Assembly (NCBI GenBank): GCA_963749155.1
Contig: CAVVLO010000002.1
Coordinates: forward strand, 1,152,001-1,216,000
DNA: 64,000 bases
Direction: 5' to 3'
Origin: an uncultured Armatimonadia bacterium
GTDB taxonomy: Bacteria; Armatimonadota; Zipacnadia; CAVVLO01
Shown: piece by piece, positions 27,083-36,991 of the stretch
Position numbering within the stretch: the stretch's first letter is position 1
How the letters are laid out: the number at the start of each line of letters is the position of its first letter
Made by a program: the position numbers and the translations under genes
Notes under the pieces: model-generated
Databases searched by the model: none
Seen by the model: only the letters and a program-made list of their open reading frames with translations
What the model was told of the DNA's origin: nothing

Positions 27083-28166
27083 TGGCTTCCACTTCTCCTT
27101 CGTGAACATCAAATCGAGTCGCCTGACTGCTTGCGCTCTCTGGAATCAGACTGCCCAGAGCAGCGGTCGCAAGCCATTGGTCAAACTGGGAGAGCGCCTC
27201 CACCAGCGCGCTGGCTCGGTATTGGTCGAGTTGAGCAAAGGCCTCGTCCAGGACAACCAGGGGGCTTTCATGGCGACGCGCAGCGAGCAGCTCGCCTGCA
27301 GCCAGTTTTAGAGATAACGCAAAAAGGCGCTGCTGTCCAGCCGAAGCAAAATGACGCATTGGCGCTCCGGCAAGCTTGAGTACCAGGTCGTCACGATGAG
27401 GCCCTGTGGTCGAGAAGCGTAATCTCATATCGAGTTCTCTCGACTCCCGAAGCGCATCAAAAAGACTGTCTGCGAGGTCGCCTTTCACTTTCACATTGGG
27501 CCGATATTCGATTGAGACAGGTTCGCCTACTCTGAGAAGTTCGGAATAACGGGTCACCAGAGGAGCCAGTTCTTCGAGGAAACGAGTTCGAAACTCCATT
27601 ATCGATGCGCCAGCAGTCGCAAGCTGACGCTCCCAAGGCTCGAAAAGGGAAGCGCTCTCATCAAATTGTCGAAGCAAAGCGTTACGCTGCGCCAAAGCCC
27701 GGGAATAAGCGCTCAGCTGGGCATAATAACTGCGTGAAGTCTGTGCCAGATGCAGATTGATAAAGCTGCGCCGCCTGCTTGCGGCTCCTCGTACGGTCTC
27801 CAGGTCCTCTTCGTAGAAAACCAGCACGGGAAAAGTGGTCACGAAATCTGCTTTCGAGGACGCCTGGCCGTTGAGGAGATAAGAACGCGCGCCGGATTTG
27901 GGCAAGGTCACCTCGGTTCGCAGCTCTCCGAGTTCTTCAGACTCGACCATGAGCCCTGTATACGAAGATTCGAAGCCTTGCTGAACAAGCAACCTCTGAG
28001 GATTGGCGCGTAGTGGTCTTCCTGTGCAGGTTAGAGCCAGGGCTTCGACAAGGTTGGTCTTGCCTGCGCCATTAGGACCACAAAACAGATTGCCGCCTGC
28101 CCCCAAGGGCAAGGCGACATCTGTCAGGTTGCGGAAATGTCTTATTGCTGCTCTGAGCAGCTTCAT
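27069..28166 (-). CDS. recF: DNA replication and repair protein RecF
   Basis: FRNL, GPNGAGKTN, GPHRDD, ASAGQQR and VLDEAF motifs. Confidence 0.95.
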   Translation of the reverse strand: MKLLRAAIRHFRNLTDVALPLGAGGNLFCGPNGAGKTNLVEALALTCTGRPLRANPQRLLVQQGFESSYTGLMVESEELGELRTEVTLPKSGARSYLLNGQASSKADFVTTFPVLVFYEEDLETVRGAASRRRSFINLHLAQTSRSYYAQLSAYSRALAQRNALLRQFDESASLFEPWERQLATAGASIMEFRTRFLEELAPLVTRYSELLRVGEPVSIEYRPNVKVKGDLADSLFDALRESRELDMRLRFSTTGPHRDDLVLKLAGAPMRHFASAGQQRLFALSLKLAAGELLAARRHESPLVVLDEAFAQLDQYRASALVEALSQFDQWLATAALGSLIPESASSQATRFDVHEGEVEASGQA

Positions 28167-28184
28167 ATTCTGTACATCTGCAGC

Positions 28185-29294
28185 CTAGCGCAGCGGTTGC
28201 ATTGGCATGACGACATAGGTGTAGTTCTCGCCACGCTCCGTAGTAATAACAGCTGGTGACAGAGGCGCATTGAGCCTGAAAACAAGCTGGTCGGCGTCTA
28301 TTGCATTCATGGCATCTACCAAAAACTCGCCATTTATGGCTATCTCCATAGGCTCGCCAACTAGCTGGACAGGCAACTCCTCTCTTGCTTCACCTACATC
28401 CTGGCTACGAGCTGAAACTGTCATCGAATCGCTTGCTATGTCGAACAAAACTCGTCCTGCAGACTGCCTGCCAACGATCATCACGCGGCTGACAACCGAA
28501 GCAAGCAGGTCTTTGTCGACCGCAACTTCTCTTTCATAATCGGGTGGGATGACTTTTTCATAATTGGGGAACGACCCCTCCAGCAAGCGACACATTATTA
28601 CCGTATCGCCCATCACGCACTTTACCTGGTTATCTGAGAAGGACATTGTTACTGGCTCTTCAGAGTCCTTCTCCAGCAGGCGATGGACTTCCCTGAAAGC
28701 CTTCGCTGGGATTATCGCTGATTTTGCTTCTGCAACTTGTACCGAGATAGGCTCCTGGCGCACTGCAAGCCTGTGGGTATCAGTTGCCACAAGTCTTAGC
28801 ACATCAGGCTGGATCTCCATCAGCACACCTGTAAGCACTGCTCTACTTTCATCAGCAGAGGCAGCGAAGACCACATGCTCAATCATCTCGCGCACAAGCC
28901 CTTGCGGTAGAGCTATTTCGCTAATGCTCTCCACTGTAGGCAACACAGGGAATTCGTCCGCACTGAGTCCATTAATGGTGTAACTGGTTGCCCCTGATTT
29001 GAGCGCCATCTGATCTCTGCTATCCGCTGAAAGAGTCACCTCATCAAGCGGCAAGCTATCAACCATCGGCGAAAAATACTTGACCGGCACAGTCGTGCGG
29101 CCTGCTTCCTGAATGTTTGCGACTACTACACTTCTGATAATCAACTCGAGATCAGTAGCAGTAATAGTCAGACTGCCGTCAGAGGCTTCAAGCAGTACGT
29201 TATGCAGGATAGGCAAAGTAGTGCGCGTCGTGATTGCGCGCTGTACTGTGTGGATCGCCTCGCGAAGCTGATCGCGGTCACAGGTAATCTGCAT
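28185..29294 (-). CDS. dnaN: DNA polymerase III beta clamp
   Basis: ATDLEL, ATDTHRL, LEGSFPNYEKVIP and YVVMPM motifs; GGAGG ribosome-binding site. Confidence 0.97.
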   Translation of the reverse strand: MQITCDRDQLREAIHTVQRAITTRTTLPILHNVLLEASDGSLTITATDLELIIRSVVVANIQEAGRTTVPVKYFSPMVDSLPLDEVTLSADSRDQMALKSGATSYTINGLSADEFPVLPTVESISEIALPQGLVREMIEHVVFAASADESRAVLTGVLMEIQPDVLRLVATDTHRLAVRQEPISVQVAEAKSAIIPAKAFREVHRLLEKDSEEPVTMSFSDNQVKCVMGDTVIMCRLLEGSFPNYEKVIPPDYEREVAVDKDLLASVVSRVMIVGRQSAGRVLFDIASDSMTVSARSQDVGEAREELPVQLVGEPMEIAINGEFLVDAMNAIDADQLVFRLNAPLSPAVITTERGENYTYVVMPMQPLR

Positions 29295-29309
29295 AGTGTT
29301 CCTCCGCCT

Positions 29310-29520
29310 GGTCTTCAATTAAAAGAACATATATATCTTTTCTTGCAGTTCTAGTTAGCAGCCCGGAAAGGTGGAAAACTGCCGTCAAGTCTACTGACTC
29401 TATGCTCTACTGGCCGGAAAAACCAGTGGAGAAGCATCAGAGTTTTCCACATATTCCACAGGTCTCCTGCTATCCACAGACTACTAACAGGTTTTCCGGT
29501 GGACTTTTCAACAACCTGGA
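29310..29520. other. oriC: Putative chromosomal origin oriC (dnaA-dnaN intergenic)
   Basis: DnaA-box-like 9-mers at 29370, 29425, 29443, 29452, 29470 and 29505; GC-rich CCCGG, then an AT-rich tract at 29318-29344 next to dnaN. Confidence 0.85.
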
Positions 29521-29521
29521 G

Positions 29522-30946
29522 TCAAGGTTGACGTACCTTCTGGCGCAACTCTTCAAGCACGCTGGAAAGCCTGCTGTTCTGGCCAAGCGCGCTTTCAATC
29601 TTCTGTACAGCATACATAACAGTAGTGTGGTCACGACCACCAAAAGAGTTACCAATGGCGGGCAAAGAAAGATTGGTCATCTCTCTGCCAAGAAACATTG
29701 CAACCTGACGAGGCAAGCTTATTGCTTTGGTGCGAGAACTACCTATCAGATCTTCGACGGATACAGCAAAATGATCTGCGACCACACTCTTTATCCGGTC
29801 TACAGTCACTTCTGACTGACCTTTGTCTGTTGAATAAGGGGCAACGATAGTCTTTGCGACTTTTAGAGAAGGCGCTGTGTTGAAATGGCGGCAGTAAGCT
29901 ATTAGCTTCTTGAGGGCGCCCTCAAGTATGCGTACATTTGCTGGAATCATCTCGGCGATATATTCAAAAACCTCATCGCTGAGCAGGGCGCCATAATCAT
30001 CCGCTTTGCGCTGAAGGATAGCGACTCTTGTTTCGAAGTCAGGGGCTGCAATATCGCATATCAAGCCCCATTCAAAACGACTCGTCATCCTGTCGTGCGA
30101 AAAAGTCAAGTCTTTTGGTGGACAATCGCTCGTTATGACAATCTGTTTGTTAACTCCGTAGAGCTCGTTAAAGGTGTTGAAAAACTCCTGCTCGGTTCGT
30201 GAAGCTTTCCGTTCAGCGATAAGCTGGATATCATCGACAAGCCAAAGGTCGACCTCTCGGTAGGCTTTGCGAAATTCTGCTGTCTTCCCTTCCCTGATGG
30301 CAGAGACGAAATGGTAAAGGAAGGTTTCACCAGACACATACCTGACGGTTAGCCCTTCATGCTCTTTGCGCGCCAAGTGGCCAATTGCATGGAGCAGGTG
30401 CGTTTTGCCCAGTCCCACTCCCCCATAAATGAACAAGGGATTGTAGGAATCACCAGGTGACCTTGCGACGGATTCCGCCGTTGCTCGGGCAAACTGGTTG
30501 CTTGGGCCCACCACAAAAGAAGTGAAAGTGTAGGCCGGGTTTAGAGGGAGCGACGTAAACTCGCCTGGATCGTATGAGGGCCGTTGTACCTTTTGCGGAA
30601 TCTCTATTGAAGGCGTTGGCTCTTCTGGCAAGTCGCGTAGATACTCTCCCTCTTCGGCTTCCAAAGAAGGCATCGCAGAAGGGACAACTTCAAAAACGAC
30701 TTCCATTTTTGTGCCAGTTAGACCCGAAGCGATGCTTTCAATGGTGTCACTATAACGAGTCTCAAGCCAGTCTCTGCTAAATTCATCGGGCAGCAGCACG
30801 TGCAAGCAACCCTCGTCTCTTTCTGCGCGACTAGGCGCAAGCCAGGAGTCGAAAGAAGGCTTGGACATATGCTTTTGGAGCTCTCCGAGAACCTGAGTCC
30901 AGAGTTCTTGAGAGTCAGCTGACATAAGGACTCCACTCCTGGCCAT
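29522..30946 (-). CDS. dnaA: Chromosomal replication initiator DnaA
   Basis: YNPLFIYGGVGLGKTHL, DDIQ, SRFEWG and GGRDHTTVMYA. Alternative start at 30925. Confidence 0.98.
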   Translation of the reverse strand: MARSGVLMSADSQELWTQVLGELQKHMSKPSFDSWLAPSRAERDEGCLHVLLPDEFSRDWLETRYSDTIESIASGLTGTKMEVVFEVVPSAMPSLEAEEGEYLRDLPEEPTPSIEIPQKVQRPSYDPGEFTSLPLNPAYTFTSFVVGPSNQFARATAESVARSPGDSYNPLFIYGGVGLGKTHLLHAIGHLARKEHEGLTVRYVSGETFLYHFVSAIREGKTAEFRKAYREVDLWLVDDIQLIAERKASRTEQEFFNTFNELYGVNKQIVITSDCPPKDLTFSHDRMTSRFEWGLICDIAAPDFETRVAILQRKADDYGALLSDEVFEYIAEMIPANVRILEGALKKLIAYCRHFNTAPSLKVAKTIVAPYSTDKGQSEVTVDRIKSVVADHFAVSVEDLIGSSRTKAISLPRQVAMFLGREMTNLSLPAIGNSFGGRDHTTVMYAVQKIESALGQNSRLSSVLEELRQKVRQP

Positions 30947-31029
30947 CGTCTCTACCCGATATATCGGGCATGCTGGCCGGGAAACACCCCTTAGCGCTGA
31001 AGAACGAAGTTCCTGCTTCGGGGAGGATT

Positions 31030-31059
31030 ACTATAACAGGGGGTGAACTTGAGGCGCAA
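31030..31059 (-). promoter_or_regulatory. Putative dnaA promoter
   Basis: Minus strand TTGCGC, 18-bp spacer, TG-n-TATAGT. Confidence 0.5.
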
Positions 31060-31178
31060 GGCAGTCTCGGTGAAGGATTGTGAGGCTTATTAGTTGACCT
31101 CTACGGAAGGCAATCGAGATATGCCAGCCCAATAGAACAAAAGCTGTCAAGCTTTATTATTGGTGACACATATTTACG

Positions 31179-31910
31179 ATGGATGTTTCACGTGAAACAC
31201 AACCAGAACTCGATTGGGCACAGCGGGCTTTAGAGGCCGCTGTAGCTGGTGCTGCAGGATTAGGTTTCACTATTCCTGCTGATAGCATGCCCTCTTTACT
31301 TGCGCATCTGGTAGAGCTTGCCTCCTGGAATGAAGCCGCCGGCTTAACCGGCAGGCTTTCGCCTGAGGAAACGGGCGAACAGCTTCTGCTGGATTCCTTG
31401 TTGCCAGCCCTCATTTGGCCAGGAACAAAGGCTGACGCCCTGTGTGATATAGGTAGTGGAAACGGCTTCCCTGCTATTCCACTGGCTCTCGCGTGGAAGA
31501 TCGAGGCGGGTCTGCTGTACGAGAGCCGTGCCAAGAAAGCCTGGTTTCTGCAAAGAGCCCTGAGGACCAGTGGATTATCAGGCTATAAAGTGATTCGCAA
31601 ACAGTGGCGTCAAGGGGATCCTTTATCTGTTCAAAGCCTCATCACGTCGAAGGCCGCGTTGCCACCTGAGATTATCTTGGAGGCTGCAGCTCGATACGAT
31701 TCCAAGGCCCTGCTTTATCTTGGTCCATCTGTAAAGGTAGAAGACGTCGTAAGGCTAGGTAATGAACTTGGTTTGGATGCTGCTGCAGTGGAGCTGGTCC
31801 TACCGATCAGCAGAGTCTACAGGCGTTATGTTCTCGCGTGGAAGAACAGTGGTCAGGAAGACGAAACTAGTCAGTCTCCTGAAGCGTATTCGAAGCAGGA
31901 AAGCGAATAA
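31179..31910 (+). CDS. rsmG: 16S rRNA m7G527 methyltransferase RsmG (divergent)
   Basis: WNEAAGLTG, LLDSL, DIGSGNGFPAIPLA, ESRAKKAWFL and TSKA motifs. Confidence 0.85.
   Translation: MDVSRETQPELDWAQRALEAAVAGAAGLGFTIPADSMPSLLAHLVELASWNEAAGLTGRLSPEETGEQLLLDSLLPALIWPGTKADALCDIGSGNGFPAIPLALAWKIEAGLLYESRAKKAWFLQRALRTSGLSGYKVIRKQWRQGDPLSVQSLITSKAALPPEIILEAAARYDSKALLYLGPSVKVEDVVRLGNELGLDAAAVELVLPISRVYRRYVLAWKNSGQEDETSQSPEAYSKQESE
31184..31199. promoter_or_regulatory. parS: parS centromere site
   Basis: Perfect palindrome TGTTTCACGTGAAACA, about 1.7 kb from oriC. Confidence 0.92.
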
Positions 31911-31921
31911 GGAGGATAAGC

Positions 31922-33250
31922 GTGAAGGTACGTCACTTGATGGTGGCGATGTTTGTGTTTGCCACTACATATATATATGCCAGTGCCCAGCCAGAGGCAA
32001 GCGCTCCAGCAAATCCAGTCACACCGATTAGTCTGGCTGTATGCCTGGAAGAAGCCCTCAGCCGTAATCCGAGCCTTGCGTCCGCTGCCTATTCGGTCGA
32101 TATCGCTAGAGAGACTTTACGAGGGACCAAGGCTGCCTATCGTGCAAGCGTTGGACTTACTCTTGGAACAACCAAGATAGGAGGCCCTGGTGTATTGGGG
32201 CCAGATCCTTCTACTTACCAACTGGCCGCGTCTGCTACTTATCCCCTATATACGAACGGGCAACGAGAAGCCAAGCTCGATGGAGCAAAGCTAGGAATTC
32301 AATCATCAGAATATTCACTGGAATATGCGCGTCATCAGCTTGCGCTTTCCGTTACAAGCGCTTATTTCGATTTATTGAAGGCGGATGCGGATGTCGCCTC
32401 TGCAGAGCAGCGCATCAGAAGGACCGAGGCGCACCTGTCTCTAGTTGAAGCTCGTATTATTGCTGAGACTGCTCCTCGTTCGGAGAGAGCAAGAGCCCTG
32501 TCAGATGTCGAATCAGCCAGGGCTAGTCAGGCGCAGGCCCTGGGTGCCCAACTGAGCGCGCGCGCAAGTCTAAACCAGCTGCTTGCAAGACCCGTTTTCG
32601 ATGAGCTTGCGGTGGTCCAGTTGCTCACTCCTGTTTATGAACTCCTTTCTTTCGATGGATACCGGACGCAGGCCTGGTCCAATCGCCCAGGCTTGCTTGA
32701 GGCACAGATCCAACTTGATGCGTATGAAACAAATATCCTGGCAGTGAAAAGGCAGAAAGGAGTTACGTTGAGCCTGGGTGCAAGCCATAGCCTTGCTGAT
32801 TCAAGCTTCCCGATGGATACAGATAACAGGCAGTGGTCCATGAGTCTCACTGCGAGCTATCCCTTGTTTGACGGGGACAGGATTGACTCTGCCTTGCGTA
32901 GTGCCAAAGCGACTTATAACTTGCAAGAAGAAAATCTGCGCTCCCTGCAGATGCAAGTTGACCTCGATGTACAGCTTGCCCTGACTGCCTTGCAGACTGC
33001 GCAGGCCCAGCTTTCGGCCGCTGAAGCTTTTTGGGCAGCAGCCGAGGAAGCCTTGGGAGCGGCTACTGGACGCTATGAGGCAGGATTTGGCAATCTGGTC
33101 GAACTGATTGACGCTGAGACCGCTTATTATGAAGCAGAATTGCAGCGTAACCAGACACGTTATGCACTCTTTCAGGCGCTTGCAACGCTAGACTGGTCTA
33201 TTGGGAATCCACTAGCGATCCTTGACCAGGTCCGTATGGAGGGGAACTAG
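31922..33250 (+). CDS. TolC-family outer membrane protein
   Basis: Signal peptide, ALSRNPSL, SAYFDLL and RYEAGFGNLVELIDAE. Confidence 0.9.
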   Translation: MKVRHLMVAMFVFATTYIYASAQPEASAPANPVTPISLAVCLEEALSRNPSLASAAYSVDIARETLRGTKAAYRASVGLTLGTTKIGGPGVLGPDPSTYQLAASATYPLYTNGQREAKLDGAKLGIQSSEYSLEYARHQLALSVTSAYFDLLKADADVASAEQRIRRTEAHLSLVEARIIAETAPRSERARALSDVESARASQAQALGAQLSARASLNQLLARPVFDELAVVQLLTPVYELLSFDGYRTQAWSNRPGLLEAQIQLDAYETNILAVKRQKGVTLSLGASHSLADSSFPMDTDNRQWSMSLTASYPLFDGDRIDSALRSAKATYNLQEENLRSLQMQVDLDVQLALTALQTAQAQLSAAEAFWAAAEEALGAATGRYEAGFGNLVELIDAETAYYEAELQRNQTRYALFQALATLDWSIGNPLAILDQVRMEGN

Positions 33251-33253
33251 CCA

Positions 33254-34948
33254 GTGCGTAAACTCGTCATAGCGCTCCTAGTGCTTGTGGTGCTTGGAGT
33301 ACCTGGAGGTTGGTATTATATGCGCCTCCGGTCTCCCCAACCTGCAAAAGTGATGGTAGAAAAAACCAAGGTGGGCGACCTTGAACTGTCGGTGCCTGGG
33401 GCACAAGCAGCCCAGGTCAAGGCAAGCCAGGAAGTCATGGTTATCCCTCAGATTGGCGGGAAGCTAACCAAGCTTCATGTTGAAGAAGGCGACTATGTCA
33501 GCAAGGGTGAATTGCTGGCCGTGCTCGACCCCACTGAATATGAGATTGCCGTGCGCGATGCGCTCTCTTCATTAAAACAGAGCCAGGCTCATTATGATCA
33601 GTTGAAACAACATACCGTGCGCCAGCCTGCCTTGACAGAGAGTGATGTAAAGCAGTCTCAGGCTGGCCTTGAAGGCGCTCGCCGGCGGCTCAATGAAGCG
33701 CAGATAGCTTATGACACCCAGCCACAAAGAGACCAGATGACAATCCAGCAGGCGAAAGCCAGCCTGGATCGCGCCCTTGCGAATCTCTCAGAACTGCAGA
33801 GAGGTGCTCGCAGCCAGGAGATTGCTCAGGGGCAGACAGAAGTTGCGCGCGCCCAGGCGAATCTCGAGAGTGCCAGGGCCGATTATGATCGGTATAAGCA
33901 GCTTTATGAAAAGGGCTACATCTCGGGTATGGACCTTGATCATGCAGAAACCCAGGTACGAGTAAATCAAAGTCAGCTTGATGCGGCCAAGCACAGGCTT
34001 GATCTATTGAGTAATCAAACATCACCTCAGGCACTTGCTGCAGGACAAGCCGACGTCAATCGCGCTCAGCAAGCACTGGAAGACGCCAGGCTGGCTGCTG
34101 ACCAGAGTAAAGCTCGTTTGCTTGAGTCACTTCAGTCTGCAAAATCTGATGTTGCCAGGGCAGAGGCCGTATTACAGGCTTCCAAGGCGCGCACGAATGA
34201 TGTGGTGATTAGCCAAAAGGAACTGGATGCAGCCAGGGCAACTGTTGACGGCGCGCGAACTCGGGTTGAGAGTGCCCGCAACCGTCTGAATTATATGTAT
34301 ATCCGCGCGCCCATCAGTGGCGCGGTCGCAAGGGTACTAGTCAAAGAAGGCGAGTATGTGACAGGAGGGGCTGTTGGTCTGGCTGCACAACAGATGCAGA
34401 TGCTGACCATCATCGACAAGACAGGCCTTTATGTGGAGCCGCAGATAGACGAAGTCGACATCCCGAAAGTTATGCTTGGACAGCAAGTACGCATCAAATC
34501 GGACGCCTTTCCTGAGCAGAATTTCGATGGAGAGGTTGTCGAGATTGCGCCTGCTGCCTCTCTTGGCCAACAGGGAGGCGTGGCTACCTTTACTGTCAAG
34601 GTGGCCTTGTTGTCTGGTAAAGGCAAGTTGCTGCCAGGGATGTCAGCAAATGTAGAGATAATTACCAAACAGCTAAAGGACGTCTTGCTTATCCCGACTG
34701 TCGGGGTCAAGTGGACGGGTGAACAGGCTACCGCCTTCACCATCGCAAACGGTATCGCCACAGAAGCCAAGTTGAAAACAGGCGAGTCCAACTGGCAATG
34801 GACCGAAGTAAAGGAAGGGCTCAAAGAAGGCGACGAGGTCGTCACCAATCTGGATGCGCGCTTCTTGCGGGACAAGGGCCCGGCTCAGGTGGTGACGGCA
34901 GAGCAGCTTGCCACCGAGGCCGCCGTTAAGGGGGCCAAACCTCAATGA
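33254..34948 (+). CDS. MacA/HlyD-type periplasmic adaptor with a long alpha-hairpin
   Basis: VEEGDYVSKGELL, long coiled coil, IRAPISG and LLPGMSA. Confidence 0.9.
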   Translation: MRKLVIALLVLVVLGVPGGWYYMRLRSPQPAKVMVEKTKVGDLELSVPGAQAAQVKASQEVMVIPQIGGKLTKLHVEEGDYVSKGELLAVLDPTEYEIAVRDALSSLKQSQAHYDQLKQHTVRQPALTESDVKQSQAGLEGARRRLNEAQIAYDTQPQRDQMTIQQAKASLDRALANLSELQRGARSQEIAQGQTEVARAQANLESARADYDRYKQLYEKGYISGMDLDHAETQVRVNQSQLDAAKHRLDLLSNQTSPQALAAGQADVNRAQQALEDARLAADQSKARLLESLQSAKSDVARAEAVLQASKARTNDVVISQKELDAARATVDGARTRVESARNRLNYMYIRAPISGAVARVLVKEGEYVTGGAVGLAAQQMQMLTIIDKTGLYVEPQIDEVDIPKVMLGQQVRIKSDAFPEQNFDGEVVEIAPAASLGQQGGVATFTVKVALLSGKGKLLPGMSANVEIITKQLKDVLLIPTVGVKWTGEQATAFTIANGIATEAKLKTGESNWQWTEVKEGLKEGDEVVTNLDARFLRDKGPAQVVTAEQLATEAAVKGAKPQ

Positions 34949-35667
34949 CGAACGGCAATCCCGTCGTCGAGATGGTGGGCATTACGAAAATCTACGGCAA
35001 GGGCGAAGCTGCCGTTGTGGCGTTGCACGCGCTTGATCTTCGTATCTCGGAGGGCGAATATATCGCAATTATGGGGCCCTCTGGCTCCGGCAAGTCCACG
35101 TTGATGAATATAATCGGTTGCCTGGACCGTCCTACAGAAGGCGAATATTTACTTGATGGAGTGGAAGTTGACAAGGCGCCAGATTCTGCTCTGGCGCGCA
35201 TACGCAACCAAAAGGTTGGCTTCATCTTTCAGCAATTCAACCTGCTGTCCAGGCTCAACGCCCAACGTAATGTTGAACTCCCCCTTATCTATTCGGGAGT
35301 ATCCTCTCGAGAGCGGAAGACGCGTTCTACCGAGATACTGGAACGTGTCGGCCTTCGAGATCGTATGCACCATCGTCCAAATGAACTCTCTGGCGGCCAG
35401 CAGCAACGAGTGGCAATCGCGCGCGCGCTGGTAACCCAGCCCGCAATCATCCTGGCCGATGAGCCTACGGGTAATCTGGATACCAAATCAGGCGCAGAGA
35501 TACTCAAATTGTTCAGGGAGTTGGCCGATCTGGGAAAGACCTTGATCCTGGTAACCCATGACCCCAATGTGGCAAAGCATGCCCGACGCGTGGTTGGCCT
35601 GCTTGACGGTCAGCGCGTTACAGATGAAGCTGTCTCGCAGGAGGAAACCAGCGATGCAGCTATTTGA
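34945..35667 (+). CDS. MacB/LolD-type ABC ATP-binding protein
   Basis: GPSGSGKST, LSGGQQQRV and ADEPTGNLD. Confidence 0.95.
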   Translation: MTNGNPVVEMVGITKIYGKGEAAVVALHALDLRISEGEYIAIMGPSGSGKSTLMNIIGCLDRPTEGEYLLDGVEVDKAPDSALARIRNQKVGFIFQQFNLLSRLNAQRNVELPLIYSGVSSRERKTRSTEILERVGLRDRMHHRPNELSGGQQQRVAIARALVTQPAIILADEPTGNLDTKSGAEILKLFRELADLGKTLILVTHDPNVAKHARRVVGLLDGQRVTDEAVSQEETSDAAI

Positions 35668-36880
35668 AAACGCAAGAATAGCTATGGCGGCTATCTGGGC
35701 CAACAAGATGCGTTCTTTCCTCACCACGCTGGGCATTGTGATAGGCGTTTTTTCCGTAATCTTGCTGGTTGGGATCGGACAGGGAGTTACCGAGCGGGTT
35801 TCTGGTCAGATAAAAGGACTTGGTTCCAACCTGATGATTGTTATACCGGGCGTGCATGACCTGCAACCCTTTAGCGACGACAGGCGCCGGCGAATCGATC
35901 CACGCCAACAACAGAATAATCTCGTTCCTGCGGATGCCAAGCATCTTGAAGAATACTGCCAGGCGATAGATCTTGCCACTCCGGTTGTTGAGACCCAGTT
36001 TCCAGTCAAATATGAAGACATTCTGATAAACCCAACTGTGCTTGGTATTGAGCCGCCTTTCTTCGAGGTCCGCAACATCGAACAGGGTGCTGGGTCTCTA
36101 CTGGACTGGAACCAGGTGTTGGCGAAACACCGAGTTTGCGTGTTAGGCCCGGGCGTTGTGGAGAGTGTCTTCCCGCCAGGCGCGGTTCCCCTCGGTAAAC
36201 AAATTTCGGTTGGTTCGATCCCCTTTACTATCATCGGGGTATGTGGCAAGAAAGGCCAGGCGTCGATGGATGACGAAGACTTCCGCGTCTATATACCACT
36301 TGGTGTCGCAATGAATATGTTCAACACCAATGGGCGCGTATCCCATATCGACTGCACGGCAATTGCGCCCAATCTGGTTGAAGCAGCCAAGAGTCAGGCA
36401 GAACGCCTGTTGGATCTGAAACACGGTGAGCGCGACTTTACCATTTTTACCCAAAGCCAGTTGCTTGAGACCGCCGCCTCCATACTGGGCATCCTTACGG
36501 CAATGCTTGGCGGCATAGCAGGCATCTCGCTGCTTGTTGGCGGCATCGGGATCATGAATATTATGCTTGTCTCGGTCACTGAGCGCACGCGCGAGATAGG
36601 CTTAAGGAAGGCCTTGGGTGCCCGTTCAATCGACATCCTGGCCCAGTTTTTGGTCGAGTCGGCGGTACTTAGTGCTCTGGGAGGCGCAATCGGCACGGGG
36701 CTTGGGGCTGGGGCAGCGATTTTGATAGAGAAATTTGTCGAGCAGTTACCTACTCAGATAACTCTATGGTCAGTTGTGATGGCGGTGGTGTTCTCCGGTT
36801 TTATTGGTGTGGTTTTTGGCGTATTGCCTGCACGTAAAGCGGCACGTATGGATCCGATAGTAGCGCTTCGATACGAATAA
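35654..36880 (+). CDS. MacB/FtsX-type ABC permease
   Basis: RSFLTTLGIVIG, GGIGIMNIMLVSVTERTREIG and PARKAARMDP. Confidence 0.95.
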   Translation: MQLFENARIAMAAIWANKMRSFLTTLGIVIGVFSVILLVGIGQGVTERVSGQIKGLGSNLMIVIPGVHDLQPFSDDRRRRIDPRQQQNNLVPADAKHLEEYCQAIDLATPVVETQFPVKYEDILINPTVLGIEPPFFEVRNIEQGAGSLLDWNQVLAKHRVCVLGPGVVESVFPPGAVPLGKQISVGSIPFTIIGVCGKKGQASMDDEDFRVYIPLGVAMNMFNTNGRVSHIDCTAIAPNLVEAAKSQAERLLDLKHGERDFTIFTQSQLLETAASILGILTAMLGGIAGISLLVGGIGIMNIMLVSVTERTREIGLRKALGARSIDILAQFLVESAVLSALGGAIGTGLGAGAAILIEKFVEQLPTQITLWSVVMAVVFSGFIGVVFGVLPARKAARMDPIVALRYE

Positions 36881-36961
36881 GAAATCCTGTATAGGCGCCA
36901 GCAACTCGCGTGGACCTTGCCACTGGTTTGCTTGCAGTTCAGGGTAAGCTTGGAAGAACCA

Positions 36962-36991
36962 CATAAAGCTTACAAGCTTGTAAGCTTTATG
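36962..36991. repeat. Perfect 30-bp palindrome between convergent genes
   Basis: cataaagcttacaag|cttgtaagctttatg. Confidence 0.9.

Noticed and set aside
33254..34948. Repetitive A/Q-rich stretch as a novel repeat protein
   Set aside because: It is an ordinary extended coiled-coil hairpin of a periplasmic adaptor.
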